Assembly (NCBI GenBank): GCA_964016885.1
Contig: OZ024741.1
Span: 214,954,001 to 215,018,000, forward strand
DNA length: 64,000 bases
Source: Eledone cirrhosa
Taxonomy: Eukaryota
Reading direction: 5' to 3'
In this document: one piece after another, positions 1-13,373 of the stretch
How the letters are laid out: each line of letters starts with the position of its first letter
Numbering within the stretch: the first letter of the stretch is position 1
Notes under the pieces: model-generated
Databases searched by the model: none
What the model was told of the DNA's origin: nothing
The model's input: only the letters and a program-made list of their open reading frames with translations
Position numbers and translations under genes: made by a program

Positions 1-2241
1 AGTATGATTAGTGTTCTTTTATATTATTTAGATATGTATTTCCCTTTCCAATATTTATTTTGTATTGCATATCAAATTTATTTTGCATTTTAGGTTTCGA
101 TCATGACATTAAACTTGTAATTAAAAATTTCATTCATTGAACTGCACTGCAATTTAGCACTAAATATAAATTTTTGTTTTCAAAATTTGAGACTTTAGCC
201 TGAATTACCCTACTTATTTTATACATGTATGTTCATTTAACATGTTTTTCTTTATTCTTTCAGATCTATAAGATCTATATTTTCTGACTGCATATATTTC
301 TATATTTTTAGAATGGCTTCAAGAGGCTGCCGGCACCACCCTGACTCTTTTTGTTTTATATGCGGTGAGTATATAAAGAAGAGAGGCAAAAAATTCTCCT
401 TGGAAACGTCGGTGAAGGTTTGTGAAGCCTGCCAGAAGTACTTCGGGATGCCAGTTGGGGACCAGGACAAGGCCTGGGCCCCTCACTCCTGTTGTGAGCA
501 CTGTAAGAAGATGCTGGAAGGGTGGCTGCGAGGTGAGAAAACGTCCCTGAAATTTTCCAACCCACGGGTCTGGTTAGAGCCAATAGACCACGCCACAAAC
601 TGCTTTTTGTGCATGGTGGATGTTAGCAAGCGGTGGAAAGGAAAGAATGCTGCTGATGTAGATTATCCAGATCTTCCATCATCAATTGCTCCAATTCCTC
701 ACTGCTCCAAATATCCCGTGCCAGTGCCACCTGCTCCAGATGAAGTCCAAGACAAGTATTCTGATGAAGAAGAGGAGATGGATGCTGAGGACTTGGATTA
801 CCTGCCTGAGGTACCAGAAAAAGTTCCTCACTTTTCAAACCAAAAAGAAGTCAAAGACTTGTTCAGGGATATGTGTGTCTGACCAAGTCCAATGCAGAGC
901 TATTCGTCTCCAGTATGAAGCAGTGGAACTTGGTCAAGGAGGAAGTGCAGGTGACAAGTCAGAGAAGTCGACACGAACCTTTCTCAGGCTTTTACACTCT
1001 TAGGAATGGCCCCTGCTTCTACCATGGCGTGCCTGGACTGTTTGACGTTATTGGGGTGCCGTTTGTGCCCAAGCAGTGGCGGCTATTTATAGACAGCTCC
1101 ACCACAAGTTTGAAGGCTGCCTCTAGCTCATTCAGTCTGTCTGAAGGAAGATTACTACAGTGTAAAAGTCCTCTTGGAAGCTCTGCAATACAACCAGTAC
1201 AATTGGGAAATCATTGGCGACTTCAAGATGGTGGCTTTCCTGCTTGGACTCCAAGGAGGCTTTATCAAATTTCAATGCTTCCTCTGCCTTCGGGACAGCA
1301 GAGTCACCTCTGACCACTACAAAAGAAATAACTAGGAGCAGCGAACATAATTTGTAGTTGGGACCCGGAACGTCATGTGGGAGCCATTGGTTGATCCAAG
1401 GATTGTGCTCATGCCGCCACTGCACATTAAGTTGGGGTTGATGAAGCAGTTTGTAAGGGCTCTCAACCAAGAATCAGCCGCTTTTAAGTACCTTCTTGTG
1501 TTCTTCCCCAAGTTATCTGAGGCCAAAATCAAAGGTGGAATTTTTGTTGAACCTCAGATAAAGAAGGTGTTTGAGTCTACCGAGTTCTCCAATAAGCTCA
1601 ATAGGATTGAGAGAACAGCATGGAACTGTTTCAAGGCAGTTGTTAATGGCTTCCTGGGCAACTACAGAGCTGAAAACTACCAGCAACTGGTGCAGGATCT
1701 GATAAAGGCTTTTTGGCGCCATAGGATGCAGGATGTCGCTTAAACTCCAAATGCTGGACGCTCACCCGGAAAAATTCAAGGACAATATGGGCGCCTACTA
1801 AGAAGAACAAGGCGAACGATTTCACCAAGATGTTAAAGAGATAGAGCGGAGGTACCTGGGCCACTACAATGAAAAAATGATGGGGGACTATATCTGGGGG
1901 CTAGTGCGGGAATGCGACCTGGACTGCAACCGCAAATCCAGGAAATCCAGTAATTTCTGACATGTATAAGTTGCTTTATAAGTGTTATTTGTTTTTACTT
2001 GTTTGCTTTTGATAAGCTTGTGTAATAAAATAAATATATGCTCTGTTGATTTAATTATATGAACTGATAAATTAAAAAAAAATGTGTTTTTTCTTGAAAA
2101 ATATGAAAATTTCGAAATATCAAACTCCTGACCAGAAACCCAAAAGTCTGATTAAATAATAGTGTTTTTTTTATAATAAAGGGATATATCAAACCAGGAT
2201 ATTAGAGTTAGACCCGGGGACAAAATATATGTTACACGGTG
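1..2241 (+). mobile_element. Chapaev3-like (CMC superfamily) DNA transposon; left end outside the window
   Basis: Disrupted transposase at 313-1960. Plausible right terminus ...GTTACACGGTG ending at 2241 (CAC...GTG-type ends), after which an unrelated repeat begins abruptly. Confidence 0.65.
313..1960 (+). pseudogene. Chapaev3-type transposase, frameshifted with stops
   Basis: Motifs across frames: N-terminal FCFICG...CCEHC...CFLC zinc module, WRLFIDSS, IIGDFKMVAFLLGLQGG, PPLHIKLGLMKQFVRAL, EQGERFHQD...RYLGHY..MMGDYIW. Confidence 0.75.
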
Positions 2242-2672
2242 AAATTGAAGTAAGTGACACTGTCGCTACTTTAAAGCAATAGCGTAAGGTCTTCAAAATG
2301 CTTTTAATTAAGCATACAGTGTATTGAAAAATACACTATATATACATTCATATATACGTCGCTATTTCAGAGCACCAATTCTAATTTTCAATTTTTGCTG
2401 GACCGGCAACGGCTCTGTATAATCAGTTCCTGATTATTACTGGAATTCTATAATAATCCAACATTCATAATTTTCAGCAAACAGGGGAGTAGTGAGCTTT
2501 GATAAGTACCAATAAGTACGAAACAGAGCTCTGTCAGCTTATCTCCCCTTGTTTACTGAAAATTGAAGTAAGTGACACTGTCGGTACTTTCAAATAATAG
2601 CGTAGGGTCTTCAAAATGCTTTTAATTAAGCATACAGTGTATTGCAAAATACACTTACATTCATATATACGT
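2241..2672. repeat. ~115-bp direct repeats (2241-2360, 2559-2672) enclosing a hairpin with a hammerhead; Penelope pseudo-LTR-like module
   Basis: aaattgaagtaagtgacactgtc...catacagtgtattg occurs twice; inverted arms at 2471-2489 and 2543-2562. Confidence 0.7.
2493..2541 (+). ncRNA. Type I hammerhead ribozyme, degenerate core
   Basis: tgagct-TTGATAA-gtac caataa gtac-GAAAC agagctct GTC-agctta. Stems I, II and III all pair; the core differs from CUGANGA at two positions. Confidence 0.65.
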
Positions 2673-2744
2673 TTCAGAAGACCCCGTTAAGGGTGAAAGC
2701 AGCAATTCTTTGCTTAAACTTTAATCTGTTATTTTAATAAATAA

Positions 2745-2826
<82 letters not shown>

Positions 2827-2863
2827 TATTGGTAAATGAAAAATATCTTTATAAAACCATATT

Positions 2864-2924
2864 TATTTTATTATACGTATTTCAAGGGTACTAATATTTA
2901 AGTACGCTTTCGTCAGATAAAATA
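2864..2924 (-). ncRNA. Minimal type I hammerhead ribozyme
   Basis: Minus strand: tattttat-CTGACGA-aagcgtact taaatatt agtaccctt-GAAA-T ACGT A-TA-ataaaata; palindromic stem III. Confidence 0.8.
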
Positions 2925-2964
2925 TAATAATCTTCGTTTGAACCTAATGTTATGAGATCAGTGA

Positions 2965-3072
<108 letters not shown>

Positions 3073-3137
3073 TTAATAAAAATAATGAATAAAAATATAA
3101 TAATCTTCGTTTAAACCTAATGTTATGAGTTCAGTGA

Positions 3138-3176
<39 letters not shown>

Positions 3177-3307
3177 TATATGTAGGAGGTGAGTTTTATT
3201 GTAGTACAATAAAGCAATGCAGATATCGGATAAGAAGCACTCTACAGTAATATTTAAAAACTGCACTATCAACAAGTGTTTTTTTAGCCCTCATATCATG
3301 TTCTCCT

Positions 3308-3375
3308 GTTTTATCTGATGAAAACACAAATATTATTGCTTGATGATGTTTGTTTTTGAAATGCGCATAATAAAC
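3308..3375 (+). ncRNA. Minimal type I hammerhead ribozyme
   Basis: gttttat-CTGATGA-aaacacaaatattatt gctt gatgatgtttgttttt-GAAA-T GCGC A-TA-ataaac; palindromic stem III ATGCGCAT. Confidence 0.75.
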
Positions 3376-3413
3376 TATATGGAACTCCTTTAACCATCTT
3401 TTGATCTTATATT

Positions 3414-3475
<62 letters not shown>

Positions 3476-3527
3476 TTAATAAAAATAATGAATAAAAACA
3501 AAGAAACAGTTCCTTATATTAAAAAAT

Positions 3528-3665
3528 TCATCATTTTACGATCGTTTCTAGGATATATATGTTTGTGTTGGTATGTATATCATATAGATCTATGTAAAAA
3601 TTTTACAAACTATCAGAGGGAATATACATACCTACACATATATACGCTGTCTTCAGAAACAATTA
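3528..3665 (-). ncRNA. Type I hammerhead with extended stem II (3' pseudo-LTR)
   Basis: Reverse-complement homolog of 6852-6974: CTGAAGA ... GAAAC GATC GTA aaatgatga. Confidence 0.65.
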
Positions 3666-4391
3666 TATTTGTTTATTGAAAAAAAACAACAAAGATTTAA
3701 TATAATAGGTCTGTTAGGGAAGAGGTTTTGAATTGACCAATAGAAAGGTAGTGATTGGTAAAGATACTAGAATAGTAGTAATAGAACTTTAATTTAGGGG
3801 TAGAGGAAAGCAGATTTCAGTTTTGAATGGAAAGAGTATGATGAATGAAAAGATTATTTTAGGGATGAAAATAGGTCAAGCCGGTAAAAGGTACACGAAG
3901 AATTGATGTTATAAAAGAATAATGCTAATGTAAATATCTAAGGAGAATAAAATTTTACGATAAATGTGTTAGTGAAAAATATCAGTCTTATTTAAAGTAT
4001 AGGGAATTTACATCTATAAAAAGAAAATAAATTAATTAAATTGATAGGTATATTTATATTGATAAATTTATATTTTATACATATGATAAATACGAGTTAA
4101 ATGTAATTGAACAGTGCTGTTAAAAACGAAGGGAAAATAAAAAATAATATTAATAATTATTGGGGGGGGGGTAAATTTATTAGTGAGAAATAACAAATTT
4201 ATATAGATTATAAGGAACATAGAATCATAACCTGAAATAAAAATAGTTTAGATGTATACTTATTGGTATAAATTTTAGGAAAAGATAACTGTAAAAGGGA
4301 ATTAAAATTATGCAGTTCATTAGTAGTAGAATATTAATTATAGGTTAACTAATTTAAAAAAGTGTTATTATAATAATTTCTATAGTGTATA

Positions 4392-6770
4392 TTAATTCGG
4401 TTTATAATATTTAAAAGTTCTTCTCAGTTTATGATTACATGATATAATTAATTCCTGTCGTTTATTTAATAGGATATCCTTAGATTTCATTATTTCAAAA
4501 AGTTCCTGGGAACATAATCTACATTCATATCTATTATTTTGATAAGGGGTGGCCCTTTTGAGCACACTCCAGATCAGGTTATAATCTATATTCCTCTTTC
4601 TATAATTATTAATTATTTCAGCTAAAGATGTTGTATTAGCTAATGCGGCACTTTTAAAACTGTGTTTGTGGGTATTAAATCTTACTTTAAATTGGTTAGA
4701 AGTAGCTCCTATATATGAATAAGTTGAGTCCTTAGTGTTAACTTTACATTTATATACTATGTTATTAATAAGGCAATTTCCTTTTAATGGGCAATTTGCT
4801 TTGTTTCTACAGTTACAACCTTTTGTGAATGCTGTATCAGAGGAGATAGTCAAATTAGGTGTGGAATTTTTACGACTTGTATGTGAATGAGATGGTGGTT
4901 TGCTGTGGTTTATTTTAGTATTATGGTTAGTTTGATGTATTGGTGGTATATTCATGGTTTTTTTACATTTATATGCATTATAGGCACTTATATTTTGTTG
5001 TATATTTTTGGTTGTTGAGTAGGAGAATTTAACCGTTGATCTATTTAAAATTTGATGGTATTTGTGGTTTGGCGGGAAGTTTTTCTCTAGGATATTAAAC
5101 AAATTTTTAGGTATATTATCTTTAATTTGTAGATTAAATGGAGCATTATACCAAGTAACTCGTCTATTACGGTTTCGATGTTGTTTATTATTATTATAGG
5201 ATGTATCCTGATGTTTATTAAGAGAATTATTGTTAATGATTTTATTACACATATTTTTAGTTAGATTCATTGATTTAGGTGCTTTAGCTTGTTTATTGGT
5301 AATTTTATTATTAACATATATTGGAGTATTAGGATGAATAGTTTTTTGAAAGTTACTATGTTGTATATTAGAAGAGTTAGAGAAATTAAGTTTTATGTTG
5401 GTATTTTGGGGTATAGTGTGAGTGGCATTTAGGTGTATATATTTCATTTGGTGTTTGTTGGTAATATTGGGTTGTATGTTTGTAGTGTTATTGGTACAAG
5501 GTATATATACTAATTTGTTTTTGTGGGCACTTCTAGCTAAAGCTTCGTTATAAAAGGTCGCATTTTTATCAAATACATCCTGGTAAGACGAAAGGTTAGA
5601 AATTCTGAGTGAGATATTATATGCTAGGTTTTTAAGGATAGATTTAGGGTGATTAGATTGTGAGTGTATGTAATGTAAGTTTTGGTTAGGTTTATGGTAA
5701 GGTTGGTAGATACCCGTAGATAAGTCTAATGTTATATCAAGGAAATTAACTACTTTACTTGTGTTTTCAAATGTAATGTCTAGACTATAATAGTCTTTGA
5801 GGAAAGTTCTAAGTTTTTTATTTTTTTTCAATTTCTGAAAGGCTAAGGTTATTGGAAAGAAGAAGACAGTCGTCACGATATAAACCACCTTTAAGGTGGG
5901 GAAAAGATGCATTTATGTTAAAAAGAAGAAAGAGGCCCACAAGATCGGTAATTTGGGCAGAATCACATGAGCCGATAGTAATGTCGAATAGATTACTATA
6001 TGTGTTTCTGGTCCAGTATTCTTTTTGAAATTCCAGTAGTGTTTGTCTAGCATGTGTGATAATATTAATGTGATCCATAGTTAAGTTTGATCTATTTTTG
6101 GCAAATATCAAGGCTTTGTTCAGGAGTATAGGTGATATAGAGGAATAATAATTATCTATATCGAATTGTAGAAATGAAGCAGAAGATTTATTTCTAATAT
6201 TAGTGAACCAGTTAATTACCTGGGATGTGTTTTCCCAGAGTGGTAAATTAACATGTTTTCTTAATTGTGGGATGACTCTATCTAAATTTTTTTTACTAAT
6301 GATGCCAATATCAGATTTGGAAGGGCATATAAGCCTTATAGGAGGATTAGAGTTAAAGTTAGATTTGTGATCTTTCAGGTTAAAATGTGGTTTTTTCAGT
6401 GCCAAAGGTTCAGTTCTATCTTCAATATTAAGTCTATTTACTATGTTGTGTATTTTGTTGTTGATGTTCGTAAGTGCCGCATTGTTTGTTTTTTTTATAA
6501 TTTTTCCTGAGTTCTTTATATATGAACTCATTGTAATATCAATATCCATGTGATACAGATTTCCAGTTTTGTCAGAGTGGACATGGATTTTGTTAGATTT
6601 TTTTAGATCCAATAGGGTAGAATCAAGATCCTTTTGAAAATAAGATTTATACTTCTTAAATTTGAGGTGTTTGATTAAGTTCAAAAGGTCTTTCTCAAAG
6701 TTTTCAAGTAAGGGGTTGTGTGGTGGGTTTTTATATGTAGTGAAATCATATAAATATTTCTTATCAGCAC
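4392..6770 (-). pseudogene. PLE reverse transcriptase-GIY-YIG endonuclease (one frameshift near 5820)
   Basis: Motifs SDKTGNLY, LKDHK..F..NP.IRLICPSKSDIG, FDIDNYYSSI, GGLYRDD, VNFLDITLDL, SNHP, CNCRNKANCPLKGNC, IVYKC...YIGAT, CRLCSQE, LNKRQEL. Confidence 0.9.
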
Positions 6771-6851
6771 ATTTTGTTTTTCAATTCAAAACCTGTTCTC
6801 AAACAGACCTATTATATTAAATCTTTGTTGGTTTGTTTCAATAAACAAATA

Positions 6852-6974
6852 TCATTATTTCTGAAGACAGCATATGGTATGTATATTCCCTCTGATAGTT
6901 TGTAAAAATTGTACATATATGATATACATACCAACACAAACATATATATCCTAGAAACGATCGTAAAATGATGA
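6852..6974 (+). ncRNA. Type I hammerhead with extended stem II (inverted pseudo-LTR)
   Basis: tcattattt-CTGAAGA-[~86 nt including a ggtatgtatat/atatacatacc helix]-GAAAC GATC GTA-aaatgatga. Confidence 0.75.
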
Positions 6975-7155
6975 ATTTTTAATATAAGAAACTGTTTCTT
7001 TGTTTTTATTCATTATTTTTATTAATTTATCTTGACTCTGTTTTACTGTATTTTTCACCGGAAAAAAAAAATTTGAATACATCTTTTTTCATACGGGTTG
7101 GACACTACCGTACATTTTGGTAGATTTATCTATATATATATATATATAAATTCTT

Positions 7156-7320
7156 GGGTGATGAAAAGTTCCTGGGTTAAGGGTACCACGAAAGTGTAGA
7201 GCTGTTACCTTTACATGTGAGGTAGAGCACTGCAATAAGTGTGTGATTCTGAGAGAGGAATAAAATCATAATTAAATTATCCTATCTTTTACGTGGATGC
7301 CAGTAACTTTTCAGCAGCCC
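7156..7320. mobile_element. Short Tc1/mariner-like MITE
   Basis: Imperfect TIRs gggtgatgaaaagttcctgg and ccagtaacttttcagcagccc; no coding capacity. Confidence 0.5.
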
Positions 7321-7414
7321 ATAATTAAGTGGTTGAGTAGATTCGTGGTTTACTGAGGAAGGTAACAAAACCATCAATCTATGCTATAGAATATATTACA
7401 TATCTTGTGTGTGT

Positions 7415-7449
<35 letters not shown>

Positions 7450-9422
7450 CACACACACTCACTCACACACACCCACTCACACTCACATAGACGGGCGCGC
7501 GCACACACACACATATATATATATATGCAAGTTTAAACATACCATACCATATCATGGCGTTAAAAAAATACTCCCCCAAACACCCCCAAAACACATAAAC
7601 CCCATTCCCTCTGAAGCAATAGTTGATGACATTCACACGAAACGAAGGTACATAAATTAAATATGCTTGCATACCTAAAGAACGCTTGTAAACATTTCTT
7701 TATATCAGCATGTATGGAGAACTATACGAAATGTGGGAATATTTTCACCGTTATCCTCTCCTTGTCAGTTTTAATTATTTCTTTTCATATTATTTCTTAA
7801 ACATGTTACATACTTATCTCTATACAGTAATTTTTCTTCTGTTTATTCTACTTATTTTTTTTCTTCTAATTCTCTCTATTTGTTAGTTATTTATTTATTC
7901 GTTTGTTTAGTGTGTTTATCACACGACTTCCTGCCATCTTGGTTTCAATAACTTTAAAATAAGATATGATATCGTTGATCGCATACCTTCCATACATATC
8001 TTACATAAAATCCATTGCCTTACAGCATTTTCTTGTCAAACCCTATATCTTTTGCTGTGTTGAGTACTTTCATGTTTATTGGGTTTTTCGCGCTATTAAC
8101 AAATTTGCTACTGGTGTTTTTTAAAATGCTAACAAAATATTATTTCATATGGAGCATAGTGGAAAGCTCCCTAAAGGGTGTTGAGTTGTGTATGTGTGTG
8201 TGTGACTGTGTGTATGTGTGTGAATGCATGAGTGTGTGTGTGTATGTGTGTGTGAGAGTGAGTGTGTGTGTGTGTATGAAAAACAACGGCATCGCCATCT
8301 TTATTGAGAGAGTCTTTCTAAATTTTTGATGCGAGATATCAACATTCACGTTTGTCTGTTTGTCGGATTTTGCTGTTTGCCTATCGCTTTGTTTTTCTTG
8401 TATTTTTTTTTTCACATTTCTTTTTCATTTTTAGTATTATTTTCAAAATCTCGATGCAATATTTCTATGGAGACGGTTGCTGTGTCGTCGTTTGACGTTG
8501 CAACTGGCGGCCATTGATTGTAAAAATGAAAAAGCAGCAAGATCTTCGTTATTCAATTATGTATGGACTAGCTAGAATCGTCGTGAGTGAAAAATCCATC
8601 AATTCATTTTAAAACAAATATCTCATCTTCAAATTTCGATAGCGAAAGCTGTACAGCAGGAGTTAATTATTGCAAAGCATCCACACCACACCACACCACA
8701 TCACCATCTCACTACACCACATCACCATCTCCATCTCCTTTCATTTGAAGCCAAACAAAGTTTTATTTATTTATTTATTTATTTATTCAAGTGATGTTCC
8801 TCAGAACAGCATGAGTTCACTCAACACTTATCTATAAATATAACAGTTGTGGTTAAGATTGTTTCAGGAAAGCTGCTACAATGCAAGTTAGAAATACAGG
8901 AGCACAAGGTAGAGTAAAGTAAACCAATATAAGAAAACAACACACATTTGGTTTCTTTTCTTTAGAAAAAAGGGGTATGGCTAAGCCCCAAATCTCATGT
9001 AATATGAAATAAAAGTGTAAAACTATTATTTCCCTTAGTTTTCATACTTTACTATCATTTTCACTCCTTTATTTCTAACTGGCATTATACCGGGTTTTCG
9101 ACAGCAACCCTAACGATTTTTTTTCGCAAGGCTTCATATCAACTTACCTATTGTTATTCTATACTCAATAATATAAATAATGAATATTATAAATGTTAGC
9201 AAACAGGAATATGTGGATAAGATTTCTTATTCGAAATCTCCTGGTAGTAAATTCAAAGGCATCGTGTTTTGCAATGAAAAAAATGTTACCTTCTATAACA
9301 GATTAATAACGTTGTTTTATACCTCGAGTAACACAGTTAGAGGCGATGAACAACTTCACTTCGGGAATGGGTATATAAATAACAGTAGGCTATCTCTCTC
9401 TATATATTTCTGGTTCATTCCT

Positions 9423-9935
<513 letters not shown>

Positions 9936-10014
9936 TAATACAAAGAACGAGGAAACAGTAATGCATCAAACCACAATTTATTAAGATATTACATATGTTT
10001 CTACGTCGATATAT

Positions 10015-10102
10015 ATATCTGAAGAACCTTGGAATGCAGAGTCAGGTTCGATCTCTAACAAATCTTACCTCGAGCTGATCGACGTCGAAACATATGTAAT
10101 AT
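10015..10102 (+). ncRNA. Type I hammerhead with long stem II insert
   Basis: atat-CTGAAGA-...gacgtc-GAAAC ATAT GTA-atat; palindromic stem III ACATATGT. Confidence 0.55.
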
Positions 10103-10253
10103 GTTAATAATTTGTGGTATGATGCACTAATTATTCCGCGTTATCTATAGTAATATACTATGCTCTACATGAGCATCGAGTGCTCAAGCGGCATACCACC
10201 TCCGGACGCATTTACCTGCAAACCTGCACCAAATATATACATTCATATATATG

Positions 10254-10292
<39 letters not shown>

Positions 10293-10295
<3 letters not shown>

Positions 10296-10479
10296 GGAAC
10301 CAGTAGGACCCCGACGGCTTAGCTCAAGCCGTTTCGACGGCTAATCCTGGAATTAGCCGTCGAAACGGCTTGAGCTCAGCCGTCGGGGTCTTACTGGTTC
10401 CTATACCCACTCTACTACCTTAAGTATTGAGTACTTTGGTGCGTTATGGTCCACCTGGTTCCTTACCACATTTCCTCCG

Positions 10480-10482
<3 letters not shown>
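10293..10482. mobile_element. Palindromic (TA)n-embedded element (other copies 39492-39697, 49533-49686, 54495-54660)
   Basis: ~110-bp near-perfect palindrome ggaaccagtaggaccccgacggc...gccgtcggggtcttactggttcc plus a shared tail ...ggtccacctggttccttaccacatttcc. Confidence 0.75.
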
Positions 10483-10569
<87 letters not shown>

Positions 10570-10911
10570 GGTGTTGGATGCTTAAAGCGTCCGTATGCGG
10601 TAGGCCGTTTGAGCACTCGATGCTCTTATTGAGCAGAGTATGATATCACAGAAAAAAAGAGAATCAGTGTTGCGACGAATGGAATTTATTGGGCATATTA
10701 CAATCGTTTCTCTGGCGACCAGCTCGAGGCACGATCGATGTGATGATCGAACCTGACTCTGAAAATCGCAAGGTCCACAGATACGTCTTGATTCTACGAA
10801 GCAGATTTTCCTAAATCATCACACACACACACATGTATATATATATTTAATATAGAAATGGCTTCTACAGGACTAGAACTGTTTCATTCGGGAGAAACCT
10901 TCAGAAACCCA

Positions 10912-10962
10912 GGCTTCCTGATGATTTCTAAAGAATGAAACAGTTCTAGTCCCGTAGAATCT
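10912..10962 (+). ncRNA. Type I hammerhead in a fold-back element (~10850-11040; second copy ~47316-47510)
   Basis: ggcttc-CTGATGA-tttc taaa gaat-GAAAC agttctagtccc GTA-gaatct. The copy at 47443-47493 has a perfect stem I agcttc/gaagct but GAAA>AAAA. Confidence 0.6.
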
Positions 10963-11075
10963 CATCTATATTAAATCTTTTTATACTCTGCAATGTATTG
11001 AGTACCTTACTTACTGTGGTTACCTCCGATTCAACCCGAAATAACGTATATATATGCGTGTTTATATATATGTGT

Positions 11076-11159
<84 letters not shown>

Positions 11160-11163
<4 letters not shown>

Positions 11164-11716
11164 TAAGACAGGGGGGAAGAAAAAATGGCTTCACTTGTGC
11201 TTTCAACAAATTTATTTTCTTCACAAAATCCGAAAAGAATTTTTCTTAAAAAAAATTATTTTATAAATTAAGTTGTTGGTTGTTGGTTAGGTCTTAGGAG
11301 TTCTTGGTTAATGACCGGGGCAGGCCGCACTTGCTAGGTTTCTCCCCACCCAACCCTACTCACCGTCTCAACTCATTACTGCTATGAACACTTTTTCAAC
11401 ACACCTACACCCATGCACTTATTAAAGGGGGAGAAAAGAAACCCCTACCACACCACAGACATGTTAAATCCCTATATATAGAACAACACACCACATACAC
11501 ATCAGTTTGACAAGCGCACCTCAGCGTGAAAGGTCTTTCTAAAAACGAAACAATACCTCCTACGTTAACCAAGAACTCCTAAGATCTAACCAACAACCAA
11601 CAACTTAATTTATAAAATCATTTTTTTTAAGAAAAATTCTTTTTGGATTTTGTGAAGAAAATAAATTTGTTGAAAGCACAAGTGAAGCCATTTTTTCTTC
11701 CCCCCTGTCTTAATAT
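11160..11716. repeat. Fold-back element with ~150-bp near-identical inverted arms
   Basis: 11161-11310 is the reverse complement of 11565-11716; ~255-bp spacer; next to (TA)n. Confidence 0.85.
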
Positions 11717-11759
11717 ACCTAACTGTACCAAGGATTACACACATTTTCCAATATATATT

Positions 11760-11794
<35 letters not shown>

Positions 11795-12320
11795 ATATAT
11801 GCTTACATATAAACGCACATATGCGTATATATAAACACAGTTATACACATATACATATTTAGGAGAGATGGTCACCATTTTAGAAGGCTGCGTTGTTTTA
11901 CGATTTAGAGGGGAGTTCGTTTCCCTAGCTTGGCTGCTAGACCATCTCTTCTATTTGTTGTTAGGTGTAGGTAAACAATTAAACAAAAAGAACATACCTC
12001 GAAATTATATGTACATGAGAATTTTAATGAGAGCAATAAACAAAACAGGTTATCATATCAGTTGCTCCTTGATTGGTAATTCGTAATTATCATTAAGTGG
12101 CGGTGTTCAAATATCCCGTGACCGCAGGGTGTGATATCGCTGTTTCGCCACCGTGAAATGCGTCTGCTCGTATCAGCACACCAAGTTGAAAAGCCAGTGT
12201 ATTCAGCTAATGAATTAAGGTCAGTTAATCGACTAGTCAGAACTAAGGTCAGTTAATCGACTGCCTCCAAAGTCAAAGTTAGGTGGCATGATCTTCTACA
12301 TACATATATATATAAATATA

Positions 12321-12645
12321 TTTCTTTAAGTCGTTTGGAAGCCTCTACAATGCAGATGGGTAAATCTCTGGGTAACAAGATCCGGTGGTGGAGAGAGAGA
12401 TGTAAGTGGGTGTACGTTGAGATGCGTGGCGTGTATAAAACTGTAACGTGTAGAGGAATGAAGGAAAGAGCGTAAAGGATAAAAATAAAAATAACAACAC
12501 GAGAAAGAGTTACCTTGGGGGAGATTTAATTCTCCCTATATATTTCGGATTCACATCCATCAACTGGGGTTTTTTCCGGGGGGGGGGGGGGTTGTCTGTC
12601 GGAAAGGTGCGAAACTTGTCGAGGCTTCCAAACGACTTAAAGAAA
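12321..12645. repeat. Small fold-back with ~30-bp inverted arms
   Basis: ttctttaagtcgtttggaagcctctacaa / ttgtcgaggcttccaaacgacttaaagaa. Confidence 0.65.
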
Positions 12646-13066
12646 TTTAACTTATTATTCCACAATGCTTCAAGCAAACTTCAATACTCTCATATATATA
12701 TATATGTTTGTGTGCGTGTGCGCATTTAGATTTCCATCAACACGTCCCACCTCTCATTAATATATCACGCCTGTCGATTTCACGAATTAGCATTGTATTT
12801 GCTTTGAACCTTTCAACGGAGATATTTACAATATATATCACGTCGTCTACTCCGACGATTCAGGGCTGAATTTTCAACAAATTACATGCTTAATTGTCCG
12901 AATAAAGTGGAATTATTTCCAGCAAATTTTGAGATATAAATGACATTTCTTGAAAACAACAAACACACAGTCACATGGTCACATAGGCACATAGATATGA
13001 GGTGCATATACGTGTGTCTGTGTGTATATATATATATATTTATATATATATGTATGTATATGTATG

Positions 13067-13128
<62 letters not shown>

Positions 13129-13315
13129 AGTAAAAAAGAAAAAAAAACAAGGATTTTCTCTAAGAATAACACCAAAACATTTATATATATACATACATAC
13201 ATACTTATATATCGGTGTGAATGTGCGCGCGTATTTATGTATATATCTATGTATGTATATGTATATATATATATGTATATGTATATATATATATGTATAT
13301 GCATATATATGTATA

Positions 13316-13373
<58 letters not shown>

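Larger units (their letters stand above)
3472..7029 (-). mobile_element. Penelope-like retroelement, Naiad-type, 5'-truncated with an inverted pseudo-LTR
   Basis: RT + C-terminal GIY-YIG ORF. Segments 3472-3737 and 6781-7029 are inverted copies, each containing a hammerhead, and the left copy abuts (TA)n. Confidence 0.88.
9961..10790. mobile_element. Fold-back PLE-derived module with hammerhead-bearing arms
   Basis: ~10020-10235 is the diverged inverted copy of ~10565-10785; 9961-10010 is a further short inverted copy. Confidence 0.6.

Noticed and set aside
4392-6770. Selenocysteine recoding, as reported for some Naiad elements
   Set aside because: The readable frames have no in-frame TGA, and I could not recognise a SECIS.
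7925-7945. Adjacent YY1-like and ETS-like motifs (ccaagatggcaggaagt, minus strand) as a promoter
   Set aside because: Short motifs with no associated gene or other support.
12533-12580. Hammerhead-like motif on the minus strand (ccc CAGTTGA tggat gtga atcc GAAA tatata ggg)
   Set aside because: The core has two mismatches and stem III is too short; at best a decayed remnant.
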